In this document: positions 12,851-25,462 of the stretch, piece after piece
Layout of the letters: each line of letters starts with the position of its first letter
Numbering within the stretch: position 1 is the stretch's first letter
From: Spongospora subterranea f. sp. subterranea
Lineage: Eukaryota
DNA: 64,000 nt
NCBI GenBank assembly: GCA_049724395.1
Contig: JAUGWO010000156.1
Coordinates: 124,001-188,000, forward strand
Direction of reading: 5' to 3'
Program-made: the position numbers and the translations under genes
Notes under the pieces: generated by a model
Told to the model about the DNA's origin: nothing
Databases searched by the model: none
What the model saw: the letters and a program-made list of their open reading frames with translations, nothing else

Positions 12851-14017
12851 TCGACTGTCTGGCAGAGTCGGCAGATGCGTGACGGAGGATGGCCAAGGTG
12901 GCGATATAATCAGGGAATGTGGGATAAATAACGGGAGCGGGGACCCCTGGTCAACCCAGGACCCACACACTAATTAAGGGCTTAGGTTGTTCTCATCATA
13001 TATCTGAAACATTCATCATCCAAATGGCGCTTATTACCGATCGTGGCAATCGGTATTATGGCGCTGTTTCACAACGAAAATTCCACGAAAAAATAAACAC
13101 ATTTGTATGGGTTATATTTGAGGGGAAAACATGAAATTTTATATAACATTGAGTTGATAGGTAAAGTATAAGTTTAATGTCCTTTTGGCTTAGTAAAAGC
13201 GGATTGTTCAGCATCTGTCGGGTATGTAGGTAATATTAGAGGCCTGACCGTGTGAGCATCAGCGTACGTCGCCAGCAGAACGCTTGCTAACGCGATTCCG
13301 CCTATCGCCACCGCTGTGGGGGCCTTCCATCCTCTACAAGTTACCGATCAACACTCGAATTCAGGCACCGACTGATCAAAATCCAATACCGTGGATAGCA
13401 CCACCAGCCCCCCGTCGGAGACCAAACATATTTCGGGAAATCATATCTGGCATCGCCTCCCATTGCAGTATTCAATTCGATTTGGGGTCGATTGAAGATG
13501 AATAACTCAACTTACAGCGGTGCAAGAGGCCCCGCCATTCAATCAGTTAACATTCATGCGCAGCCTCTAGCACTACATACGGTAGACTATGTAGGTAGGA
13601 AGATGGCACTACAGTACCTCGGGAGTGCAGTGCGGTGGACTACCGAGAGCACTGTGCGGTGGTCGGTGGACTACCTGTATACAAGTCAACCGGTCGTGAC
13701 TGTGTTGAGAGGCCCCGGTTCACCTCTGCCCCTCGAGTTTGTTCTGCGAAAGATTGGGTCATGAGGGCTGTGAATGAGACCGCTCCTCAATTTTTCGTGG
13801 GCTGCATCAGTGCATATAGACCGCATTGGTTTGATATTCGATATAACAAAATAGAATAAGAGTAAATTTAACGTATAATAATGTGAACCTTAGTCGTTGA
13901 GGGAGATCAATTCGTTGAGAACTTGATTGTGTTGAATTACAGTAGGAGCTAACTACTAAGACTGCTTTTGATAAGCCCCAAACCCCACTTTTGAGCCAGT
14001 ATTTTCACTTCCCTGAT

Positions 14018-14138
14018 TTCATTTCACTTCCCTCTTGTGCAGGTGACTTGGCTGGGGCGAGGGGACGTCGCAGACCACCCTTTGTTGAAGCGACTCATTT
14101 TTCGGGAAAATGATATGGAGTTAGGGAAGTGAAATGAA
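14018..14138. repeat. 16-bp perfect inverted repeat bounding a 121-bp segment (MITE-like)
   Basis: ttcatttcacttccct (14018-14033) pairs with agggaagtgaaatgaa (14123-14138). A partial direct copy tttcacttccct lies at 14003-14014, and a small internal hairpin at 14095-14113. Confidence 0.7.
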
Positions 14139-14445
14139 CGCCGCGTTCCAAGATCGCATGCGACAAACGCAACTCGCCCCCGAACCCAATCCGTGCAGCA
14201 TGCAAGCTATGCCAGAGATGTTGAACAGATGCAGAGGCGGGTTGAAATACCCGAACTGTGGAACTCTAGGAAAGCTCCTAACAATTCTGACAGTATGCAC
14301 ATTGCGTTCCTGTAAAATGACACGAATGGTATATTGGGGCAACCGGTCATCACAGCTTTTTGTTTTCAATTCCGTTATCAACCTGTTTTGGAACGGCGAC
14401 TGAATATCACTAGATGCAGTTATCAGCATGTCGGAATCAGTCAAA

Positions 14446-14532
14446 GCCTCTTTAGCTCAGTTGGCAGTAGCGTAGGTCTCATATCCAAAAAGAGAAATCC
14501 TGAGGTCGCGTGTTCGATCCACGCAGGGGGCA
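14446..14532 (+). tRNA. tRNA-Met (CAT), elongator type, with a 13-nt intron at 14484-14496
   Basis: Acceptor stem GCCTCTT/AGGGGGC, A-box TAGCTCAGTTGG, anticodon arm TAGGT-CTCATA^A-TCCTG with the U31/U39 pair typical of eukaryotic elongator Met, T-arm GCGTG-TTCGATC-CACGC, followed by a T7 Pol III terminator. Confidence 0.93.
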
Positions 14533-14534
14533 CA

Positions 14535-14541
14535 TTTTTTT
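14535..14541 (+). terminator. RNA polymerase III oligo-T terminator of tRNA-Met
   Basis: Seven T residues starting 3 nt after the discriminator base. Confidence 0.8.
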
Positions 14542-14556
14542 GTACTTTGTATGTCA

Positions 14557-16580
14557 TTATTTAGAGTAGAGTATGGATTCATCGTAAACGTGAGCACGCA
14601 TGCGATAAAAATCATGGCCAGAGACGTCCATTTGCAGAAAAACATGTTCACTGAACACTATCGGGACAAGTTCGGAAATCATTTGAACTAATTTACCCTT
14701 TGCTCGAAGACGTGATCCGTTTATGGCATCGGAATTTGCTGATGATCTAGCTTGGCGAAAAGTGAGTCAGCAGAGCCAGCGTTCTCGTGGGCAGTCATTC
14801 ATGGACCATTGATACATCTCTGACATTAGGAAGACCAATCGTCAGTCATCACTTTTGACCTCGTGTTCAGAGAAAATGAAACTTTCAAATATCTCGAAAT
14901 AAAATCCTGATAATCAGGATTGTCCCGCCTCAGCTCTTGAATCCAGCCGCATATTGTCCTGTGAACGTCTAAGCGCAAAAGAAGGTCCTTAATCACGAAG
15001 GTATGAGCTTGTGCCCAGAGGTCGCACTTGTACCGCCCTTTGGCCTTACCCTTAGAATATCGGTACAGCAGACCTAACACAAATGTGTTGAACTCGATCA
15101 AAAAAAAAACCGCAAACGTCTCAGGTCGAGTCAATCCCGGGCAGTGCCAGGTCACCAATCGACTTGTTCAATCGGAATCATACCACAAGATTCGACGGAA
15201 GCAACAGCCCTTGTCTACAATTATGATTCGCCTTTTTGATTCGCCTCTTTTTATACATCTTGCAAACGGTGACATTGGCACCATTGTATCAAGCCCAAGA
15301 AAATAACTTGAGTCAAGCTTCAACAAAATGTTTGTTTCCTTGTACCTGACTGGTGTGAAACCCCAACAATGTGTGCCAAATTAGAGTTTCAACGTGCATC
15401 AAAACAGAAGAGCAACATCAATGAACCCGTCTTCTACGATATCAGGACACTCAGATTCGCTCAGCGACAAGGAATTGAAACTGTTGTCGTTCTCTGATAA
15501 CTCGCCAAATGATCCTGAAGAATCATTAGGCTATCGGCGATTGCGTGTCTAACTTTTCCTGCTAAGAGATGAATGATATCAGCAGCACAAACTATTTGCG
15601 GGTATTTGCTAAGCAAACTAACAATGCCCTCGACAGCATCGCAAACTATGTATGGTTCTGGGTTTTTACTTATTTTGCGCCATAACAATGTCGCCATGAT
15701 GCCTATACTCTACAGTTCACAACCGGATCATCACAGGTCAAAGTTGGCAACAATTCCTGTCAACTACAATTTAAAGTCGGATTTTAAATGGTCACGACTC
15801 GCGATCCTCTTTGAAACCATTTCCGTCTTTAAGTCATCGACCTCTACAAAATTTCAAAGTAATGAAAGCAGGATTTAACGCATATGTTGTACCAGAAATG
15901 GCTCGAGATTTGAAACCCGGTAGCATCTCGATCATAGGTAAAAGTCTTGACGCCTGTCATGGCAGCCGGCTAATCCCTCGGTCACCGTGGTGGATCAGGT
16001 CGAGGAAGTGTTGTGCTTCTGATATGCGTTTTTTCACAAAGATAGGAAAAGTTGGATGAGAGTAAGAAAAGATTTTATTAACTACCTACACCTGTTGGGA
16101 TAAAACGCTAAAGCGGTGTTTAAACGGTTTGCAAATGGCACTTGACGATCTATTTGCCGGTTAAATTTTCCAGTCGTGGAATACAAAAAAACACGTCACA
16201 ACATTTTATGCTCAGACGGAGCGTCTGCGATGCTCAGAAGACTCTGAGACAACCTTCAAACTGTACAGTAGTTGTCAATGCCCGTTTGATGTTTGAACGT
16301 CATGTTGCACCCGTCCAAATAAAAAGGCTTTTCTTTGATGGCACAACCTGGACTTCCGAACCTACAAGTCTGAATATGGAAAGAATAGCCTGCTGTAATG
16401 CAGTTGGTTGCAAAAAGCTAAACTTTTGTTTGTACAAGGTGGATGCGAGATACAAGCGAAGACGAATTTGTAAACGAAGGAGGTTGAGCAGCGAAAAAAT
16501 GTGCGAATTCTATCCAGCCTGCTCCGCATTTCACGCTTGAGACCACGAGAGTGTTGATTGCGATGAAACACAGACATTAA
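14557..16580 (-). CDS. Hypothetical multi-exon protein (5' end uncertain)
   Basis: Protein-like exon fragments (ATLLWRKISKNPEPYIVCDAVEGIVSLL; DLWAQAHTFVIKDLLLRLDVH; last exon EHVFLQMDVSGHDFYRMRAHVYDESILYSK*) flanked by GT-AG sites. No family recognised. Confidence 0.4.
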
Positions 16581-16775
16581 AATGTACCACCTTCGCGATG
16601 CATTTACGGAAGTTTAAGGCAACAATCCAGTTTTGATACTTTATAACTTTGATCGGCGAGTGATGGCCACGACGGGAAGGGCAGTTCACACTATTAGTCG
16701 CTATGTTTTCTCGGTAAAAATAACAGTCGTGTATATTCTCAATCATTGACAATAAGTATAAAACAACAATATTAA

Positions 16776-19101
16776 TCATTCACGTTGTGCACGAATCCGG
16801 TCGCTGAGCCTAGCGAGGAAAGTGCAGATGGACTGTGCCGTAGGCCTTCTCCTCCAATCCGCGGCAATGCAACGCTCGACCAGTTGACGAATGTTCTGCG
16901 ACCGAATGGTCATCACCTGACAGGATGCCTAAATAAACAAGGGAAAACGCAATGTAAGTTTATAATAAACCTGTTGATTTCGACGCTGTGGATCAGGTTG
17001 CTGCCCAGTAAATATTTCAGCTACTAATGCTCCAAACGAATATATGTCGGATGCGGTGCGAAAAACCAGAGGAACATTTGATCCTTGAAGAACCTGAACT
17101 TAAGAGTTACCTGTAGGTTTGAGAGTATGATGAACAGACAACCTCAGGAGCAGAATATATAGGCGCACCCTAATCAGAACACTGGAATTTAATCGACCAC
17201 GAACAAAAATGCAAATGATCAACTGACCGGTGCAGCAGTCGCAGTCTGGTCAACAAAGTGGGCAGAACCAAAATCAGACAGTTTTACCGCTGTGATACTG
17301 CCTGTAGGAAATAAGAGTTGATGCCAGAAAATGATGAAGAGGTTACCATTATCGGCAAGTTCGCAAAGGACGTTGGCCGACGATAGGTCGCGATGAACAA
17401 TTGGCGCCGGAGTAAGATTATGCAGGTAGTACAACGCTGCGGCGATGGCAGATATGACTTTCAAAGCCTGGTGAGCAGGGAACGGTTCAGCTCTTCTGAT
17501 CAGAATTGCACGTAACGACGTTGTCATCTTTTCCAATATTAATAGTGGTCTAAGTACAAATATCGATTATCGCGATTGGCAGTATATTCGCCCCTTTCTA
17601 AACCAGCTTACACGTCCTCCTCATCAGTACAGGCTCCATAACATTTTAGTAGATGAGGATGAGATAATAATGAATCTGGAAACAGACATTGTTGAACTAT
17701 TTAGATTACCTGACGACGAACTTATCGAAAAATGTTTTGCATATAGAAAACAATAAATCAAACAAACCACCAAAAATGCCGTTTGTTTCAAGATAAACCC
17801 GGCAAAAATTCAGTTTAAGAGGTAATTGCTTAATTTTACAGCAAACCAACAAAAGCCGATGAAAGGTGCAACTAAGGACATACAGAGGTACATTTCCCGT
17901 TCAAACAAACTTCGATTGTAAGGAGATAAAATCACGCCATGGATGGATTTGATAGCAACTGGGCACCCCCGCCATATTCCACTTCTAACCGACCCATCTG
18001 CCAAGGTATGATTTACAGTAAGGTAATAGGATGCTTCTGGCAAATACATGCTCCGGTGCCAATCACCTCCGCGCTGATCTCCAGTTCGTGCCGGTCCATG
18101 ATCCATCCAGGCCGACAGAGATCGCGAAACTGCTGCACTATTGACGATGCAGGTTGGCTGGTTATTTCTTGTTGTTGGCCTAACTCAAAATTCTGCTGCC
18201 GAGCTTGGACAAGCTCTTCTTGTAGACCTAAAGAACGATGATGAAAATATGAAAGTGTATTATTTTTACACAGGACTAACGGTGTATTTGGTCGTTGGCC
18301 GACAAAAGCTGATGCTCTAAACCTAATACGAGTTTTTTGTTCATGAGACACGCTTACGATACCGATGGCTGTACGTTAACGAAAAAACCTGATATTCTGT
18401 TAGACGCGGAACTAACATCCTCCATCCTTTCTAAAAAGAAATACAATAAGCAAATTACTATTATCTATTACAAAAAGAATACGAGAATGTCTCTTTTGAA
18501 AACAAGGTGAATGTCAAAATAACTAAAGTGTGACTTCTTGAAAACAGGAACTTAATCAATCAAAACCATAAATTTACTGAAATATTAGGCTCTAAACGAC
18601 AACAGGATCTACAAAAAATCTGCAATATGGACTTGGTTTTTGACGTACGTTGAAGTTCAACATTTACGCCATTTATTTCACCCTCGAACTCTATAGTTCG
18701 TCGATCAACTGACGATACCTAATGTTGTCGTTGTTTACCTCGAAAACGCTCTGCAGACCGACTGACGTCATTGTTCAAACCTGACGGGCCAAAATTAATT
18801 TTCCATAATTGCTTCTCGTGCACATTTTCCGAAACCTTAAATCACAGCTGGATAACGCGGAATGTGTGTCAATAAATTCCTAACCGGTTATAGTGTAGTG
18901 AGCATGGGTTAGGGCTGTCTGAAGCTGTAAAACCTGTTGAGCTAGATCCTGGCAACATGGACGAGGGGCCAACGAAATTCGATCGGCGAATTCCCTGGCC
19001 ATGGCATCGCCATGGCGGTCATCGCCTGCCGCCAGGGTGATGGACTGCATGGACCTGGCCAGGCCAGCATTATCATCAGATCCATCGGCCGCCCACATCA
19101 C
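16776..19101 (-). CDS. TKL-group Ser/Thr protein kinase with N-terminal coiled coil
   Basis: WIMDRHELEISAEVIGTGAYGSV..GCPVAIK, FERE, PIVHRDLSSANVL, KLSDFGSA, C-terminal LVERCIAADWRRRPTA..*. Confidence 0.9.
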
Positions 19102-19618
19102 CCTTCAACACTAACTACATCATCATCGCCATCATCATCATTACTGCTAATAATTCATTGCGCAACAAATCATTCCCCAATCCGCTCTACGTCACCGCCA
19201 CCAGTTGATCAGGTGATTATGTTTCAGACGAGAGTTGACTGTCACGACACGTAATTTATGGCCATGGACATGGTCTGCCAGGGATGGAGCTAGATTGACC
19301 ATATTGGCTCAACTCAGACACTCATGAGTTATCTTTCCAACGCTGTATTCAGTCAACCCGTAAACGGATATTTCGTTGTTCTCTGCAAACCGGAATGAAT
19401 TTATTGATATTAGAATGTGGAAGCACGGGCTCTGATCATTCGTCCGTTTATACTCTTGTTGTTGTCCATAACACTAATTGAACAGCAGAACATGATAATA
19501 TCGTGAAGAACATCAGCTTGAACACATGGGAAGTATTCGATCGATTTCCAGTACTTGTTCTCGTCCCCTTTGCTCTTTCGACTACCCGAATCGAGGGCTA
19601 AATTCCTGGAAAGACAAC

Positions 19619-21259
19619 ATGGCAGCGACGTTGGTCGCCCGGCGAGAGCATCGGTTTCGGGCAAGGTCCCAACCTGGTAATCGGTTTCAGGCGAACCTTG
19701 CTGAGGTTCGATCCACATTCCTGGCCGTCTGCAGAGAGCGGTCGGTTCCTAAACCGGTGTCGGCGATAATTGCCAGGCAATTCGCCACCGCAATTCAAAG
19801 AGGTGCAAAAATATTGGATGAAAAAACGGCACAAACTTTTCATGTACTCCAGACAATTTTACCTATAAAACTTGTTCTTCCGATTCCCAAGTGTTTCCTC
19901 ACCGGATCCGTATTATCATCTTTGGTTTAACGCTGTCGTTTCGGATTTCACAGGCACTGAGCTGAGAGAAATTGTTGTGGGCGATTCAATCGGTCCAGAG
20001 TGCGTTTTGGCGTTGGCCGCAGCCATCCGGCTGAATTTCTACACCCCAATCCGTCGCCTATCGTTGTGGAAATGTGCAATTGGGGATCGTGCTATGATCG
20101 GATTGGTGAATGCCCATTCATAACATTCCCTGATTTTGCCCCATTTTCCCCTATGGTTTCCAAAAAAGTCCCAAAACAAGTTTCACTGGACGACTCACCG
20201 AAACCGCTTTCGATATGAAAAACTGCAAATTGATTAGTGGTCTTGATTACAGTGCCAATCTATTCCCAATCTGCATAATCTTGTGACTCTGGAGGTCGTT
20301 GGATCTGATATCACGTCATCCAGCTGTATGGCGCTATCGTCGGCTCTGACACAGACTAATTCCCCAAGGCTAGCGTCGTTGAATTTCGAGTAAATTCGCC
20401 TGATTCATCATTTCACTCTGGCCGCTTCCTGATTGCCGTTCTGCGTTTTCAGCTATAATCTCATCGGAACGAGTGGATTGCGTCATCTGGCAACTGCATT
20501 ATGCCGCCAGGCCAGCCAAGGATTGAGAATCCTCAACATGGGGTTCTGTGATCTTGACAACGAGTCAGGGCAGATCATCGCATCGATCTTGACGGCGCCA
20601 AAATGCGCAATCAGGTTGAGATATCACCGATACGGTGAGGGTTCCCCAAAGTTGATCGGCACGCTTCAATAGGGCAATGAACCTTGAGGGAAATGTTCTT
20701 GGCGATTCGGGACTGTGCACGATATCATCAGGATTGGCGATGAACCTGGCTATTGAGTCCTTGAATGTCTCTAACAATCGCATCGGATACGATTCCCATC
20801 ATGATCATTTTTCTTCCTTCTGTCAGGCAATTCACCAATGTCGATCACTCATGTACGTCGATTTCGGGTCCAGATCGGCCTTGTGATGGATTGACCGAAA
20901 CAATACTCCAGGTCCATTGATCTGTCTGGAAATCGGATCACAGAACAGGCGGCATTGAGTATTGTGAATACGGTGATGGAATCGCCTCATATCAAACAGC
21001 TACACCTTAGCCCAACATTACGGCCGGATCTGTACCATAGAGTAATTGATGCTTTACAACACAATCAACGTATCCGACAATGGGATCGCCCACAGGTTTC
21101 TCATGTAATCTCTTTTGCAGTAAAATGGTTATTGATGAAGGTTTATAGGCGAAAGCAGAGCCAGAACGAAAGAACCGGAGGCAAATGGAAGAACGACGAA
21201 ATCGCTTGATACAGGAATTCCTTGACTCGCAAGCTCAAAAACGGCTTTGGTCGGCGTAA
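19619..21259 (+). CDS. RNI-like leucine-rich repeat protein
   Basis: Repeats LSLWKCAIGD, YNLIGTSG, LNMGFCDLD, LEGNVLGDSG, LNVSNNRIG and LSGNRIT across short-intron exons. Confidence 0.8.
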
Positions 21260-21386
21260 AAGGGTCAATAGCTTCGGCAGTTTCATAATACATCTGAGAA
21301 GTTAATTAATCAACTTGCTGTTTAGTAATACGACTATGGTTGGGAAAGAAGTTAGCATTGATCGAAAAATCGCCCGTCATGGGAAC

Positions 21387-24300
21387 CTATTTCCGCCTTG
21401 TTTGGCAATTCTTTAAAATGATATACGTTGTCGTGGTAATTGTGACGAACGCGCATGAGAGAATCAGGATGTTGTGATCAAATTGGTCCCAGCTAAATCC
21501 AAAATTTTGCAGAATTGTATCGCCGTCAACGTTGACTTCAATTCCGTTGAAACCCTTCGGGTCGAGAATTAACGGCAGATTGTGAAACTCGTTTGCCATG
21601 ATGGAGCTGTACGCGTAGCTGATAAATGATGTGCATGAGAGCGCAGACAAAGCAGACGTACTGCTCCCGGCATTGAGCAAGAGCCCACCAAATACCTATA
21701 AACACAACCATTAGAATTGGGTTAAATCATTGCAATATTCGAGATTACCATGGCATAAATGAAATATAGTATGCCAAATAAATTTGCTTGACCCAAGTTG
21801 GAGCTAGCGGCTGATATTAAAAAAACTGAAGAGCCCGACACCATATTTGTCAGAATTAATACTCCAACAAATCGCATGAAGTGGGCCATATCAGGTTGAA
21901 GGCCAACCAGCCAGTAGGCAATACATGAGAATAATGCTGGTGGTAATACACGGAAAGGAACTAAATCAACCAGCAACTTCGAGGCAAAATATGGGCCTAT
22001 GTAAGCACATTAGAAAAAGTAGTTCAATTTACTGCGTTTACCGATTGTATAAAATCCAGCAAATCGTTCTCGCCAAAGCAAAATGCGATCCAGTACAACT
22101 GTAGACCATTTAGTTTGCCATCAATGACGTGAAATCTTGATATGCTTACAGTGACCCATTGAAGACATGTTGAGTAAGGACAAGAACAATATCGCAAAAA
22201 ACAAGAACCCAATCTGAGCAAAATTCAATTCAATCTGTCCATATTCGTATCCGACCGATTCATGATACAAACCCTGTTTTGTGATCCCACGATGCGATTG
22301 TCTAGCTGATAAAAGATGAGGCCGGTAAGAACCGCCACGACCATCGTCACGCAATTGTACATGAGCAACAGCGATGGATCGCGGGCACTATGTCGAAACG
22401 CCCGCAACGTCAGTAGCTTGCATTGATTTAAACGCGATACGCGCTGGACTGATCGTAGCGGCAAACTCTTCACATACTCCTATTATCATCATTACGACTA
22501 TAAGAGTTGAGACATAGATTGCAGATGGTCGAAAGTCGAAACGATATGAAGCTATGCAAATACGATGCTGGTGAAAGGTGACAACAACTACAAAATTGGG
22601 CATTTGTGCAAAACTCGACTGAGGACTGAAGGACGAAAGGGAAGAAATCACCACCAAAGAAATATAGCAAAGGTCCCCATGGGCAGGTTAATTTACCAAA
22701 CCTTAGATTGAATATTTTCAATCACACTATTTGCCATGTCGCGACAATAGGTTGACTCTTCGAAATGACGGACCTGAATCCGATTTACGAATGGCTGCAT
22801 CCACAGTCGTCGGAATACTTACGATTGCGGTATTGAAAGCGGTTGATCGATTGGACAAAGCCTCGACAAGGAATTCAAACGGATTCGCGCCAGGTTTCAT
22901 TGTCTGTCCCGTCTCTTGTTCGAAAAACGCGATGGCTTGATCCGGCGTCCCATTGAAAGCCATCGTTCCGCCGCGACACATCAGCACTACCTAAACAGAT
23001 CGATTTGGCAAAAGAAAGAATTAGCAGACTAAGATATCATTACCCTATGAAATAGTGGGAAAAGATGTGAAGGAGGCTGGTGTATGGTCAACAGCACCGC
23101 ACATCGATCACGAACTGCACGTCGACGTAAAGATTGGATGACCATATCCGCATAAAAGCTATCAAGGCCGCTGGTTGGCTCGTCTGCTAGTAAGATTCGA
23201 GGATCGGCGACCAGTTCCACTATTCATGATCCAGCACATCAGTTCAGGTAATTTTCTGGCTGTGGACACATTTACCGCCAATTGCCAAACGTCGTCGTTC
23301 GCCTCCGGATATCCCGCCACGTTCCAAAGTTCCAACCTGATATCTATGATCAGGGTGTTGCGAGAGCACAAACTGATTGATACCTTAGTTGTGGCAACTT
23401 TTACAAGAGCCAGTTCTTCAATTACGGCTCTCACTCTGGCCATAATTTCGGCATCGCTTGTATCAGCACTTAACCTCATCCGAGCACTGCAATCGAGAAT
23501 CAAGACCTAATCTCCGTCCAATAATATGTTCTTACCTAAAGTCTAACGTCTCCCAAACTGTCATCGTTGAAAGATTGTAATCCTCCTGAACAACGTATGA
23601 AACCACATTTTTTCGGTGGACATTGAGGTCGCCCTTGAAAAAAATCAGAATTCCCATTTGCTTTGGAACAAAAAAGCACTCACAAAAATATCCACAAATC
23701 CTGAAATAACGCCTTTCTTATCAATTCCGCCAAGAATATCCAGTAAAGTTGATTTACCGGCACCACTAGCGCCTGTACCAAAGAACATCAAACGAGTATC
23801 ACGACAGCGTGGATGCAGATCAACCTAAAATAGCGACCATTTCACCTGGATGGACGATCCCTGTGCTCTTTGACAAGATTAGCTTAGGTGGGCGACGTCG
23901 ACATAACAGTCCATGGCGTCGAGAACTCATCCGATACCCGACATCTTTCCATAACAACCCAAAGGTTCCATGTGGGTTCATCGATGATGGTAATGGTTCG
24001 TCAGGAATATCATCTGAGAAGGAGGTTTAAGCAAACAAGAAAGACTGTACTGGAGGTGGAATAACCGATCAGGATGGCGTCAGGATGATTTGATAATTCG
24101 CTTGAGTTTGAGATGGGACTACCAGTGGATAGACGTTCATAGCCGCCGTCGTCCTTGCCAAAGTGCTTATCAGGTTTGTCATGGCTATGGTCTAGCATCA
24201 TCGCCTTGATAGCCGGAGGGGGATTGTTCAACTCCATATTTACATAAACTGCAAGCACAGCTAGCACAAGATACATCGATAGGGCTAGGCTTGACCAAAA

Positions 24301-25462
24301 TCCCATCTGATAAAGCAGATTTACCGATCGAGAATGATTCATCAGGTGGCATACTGACCATTAACATTTCTGATGATTTGTCGATTGCTGGGGCGTTATC
24401 TGGTACATAATCTATTTTGGACACACAAGATCCCGTCATGCAATTAACCGGAATCTTGACATTAACAAACGCATCCTAAAAGAGCAAGGGCAACATGTTA
24501 ACATCACCATGCCACAAACGTTCCCAATTGTTCGAATCGAGGCAAAAACAAAACGGCAAAAGGGTCAGCAGGTTACGAGACCACTTACCAATCCGACAGT
24601 CATATTGATGTTATGACGCTGCGTGGGATCAATCAGGATGGTCAATGGTGTTTTCTTTTCCTCAAAGCTTTGAATTATCGATTGCAGAGCCACAGGACAC
24701 GATGGATCCGTACAGATTTCACACGCTTTTTTTGGACAGGATAAAGTTGATAATGTCCCTGAAACGATCGCTGAGTTCAATTGAGACAAATTATCGACCA
24801 CCGATGGACTACCAGGTGTGTTGGCCAGAAGCGAACAGTCGGAAACGGTGCATTTGAAAAACTGAATAATCGGGCCACACATTCCTTTGGTCTTTGATGT
24901 TCTAGTCCATAATGCAACAACTGCTTGTCGGTTAGGAAGATCGAGCGTAATATTCATTCGATGATCTGAGGCGACACAGCACCATGTTACAGAACACACG
25001 TTGCGTTGCCCATTCCAATGCCATTTCTAACCTTGAAGATTTGCCAGCTGTAGTATTGGGGTAATCTCAGCGGTGCATTCCATGTATTTAGCAGCAGCAC
25101 TGTTGAGCATTGACGAGTCGTACATGAGCCGAGACGTCTCACAGACGTCGGAGTTTGACGGGTTGATAATATCGCAGCCAACGCCAGTATATCCCACTGG
25201 ACACGTGCATCGGGTAACTGGAGAAGGACCTTTGCATGGTCTAAACGACCAACAAACCGCTGACCTGAGCAAGTGCAAAAACCGACGACATCGGCGCAAC
25301 TCACCGTGTTGTTTGGCAGTCGTGAGCGCCAAACGCACCGCCATTGACGCACGTTATGGAAGCGGCCTGGCAGGTCGTGTTCACATTCTGGCACGGGCAC
25401 AGGCACTGATCCTGTCCCGAACCGATCGCGATCAGCGCCACCAGTATCGCGACCAGCATCAT
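21387..25462 (-). CDS. ABCG half-transporter with signal peptide and EGF-like Cys-rich ectodomain (yeast ADP1-like architecture)
   Basis: MMLVAILVALIAIG signal, CTCPVGYTGVGC EGF-like motif, one TM, GAGKSTLLDIL, YVVQED, ISGGERRR, ILLADEPTSGLDS, TIHQP, NPFEF, then a C-terminal ABC2 membrane domain. Confidence 0.92.

Noticed and set aside
13178..13200. ccttttggcttag resembling the 5' stem of U2 snRNA
   Set aside because: It is not followed by the GTGTAGTA branch-pairing sequence or an Sm site.
13600..13690. Short direct repeats (cggtggactacc twice) as a CRISPR-like array
   Set aside because: Only two copies, no regular spacers, no cas genes, and a eukaryotic context.
14121..14651. Minus-strand ORFs suggesting the tRNA sits inside a membrane-protein gene
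   Set aside because: A different frame gives a natural C-terminus ending at 14557. The overlapping ORFs are largely antisense readings of the tRNA region.
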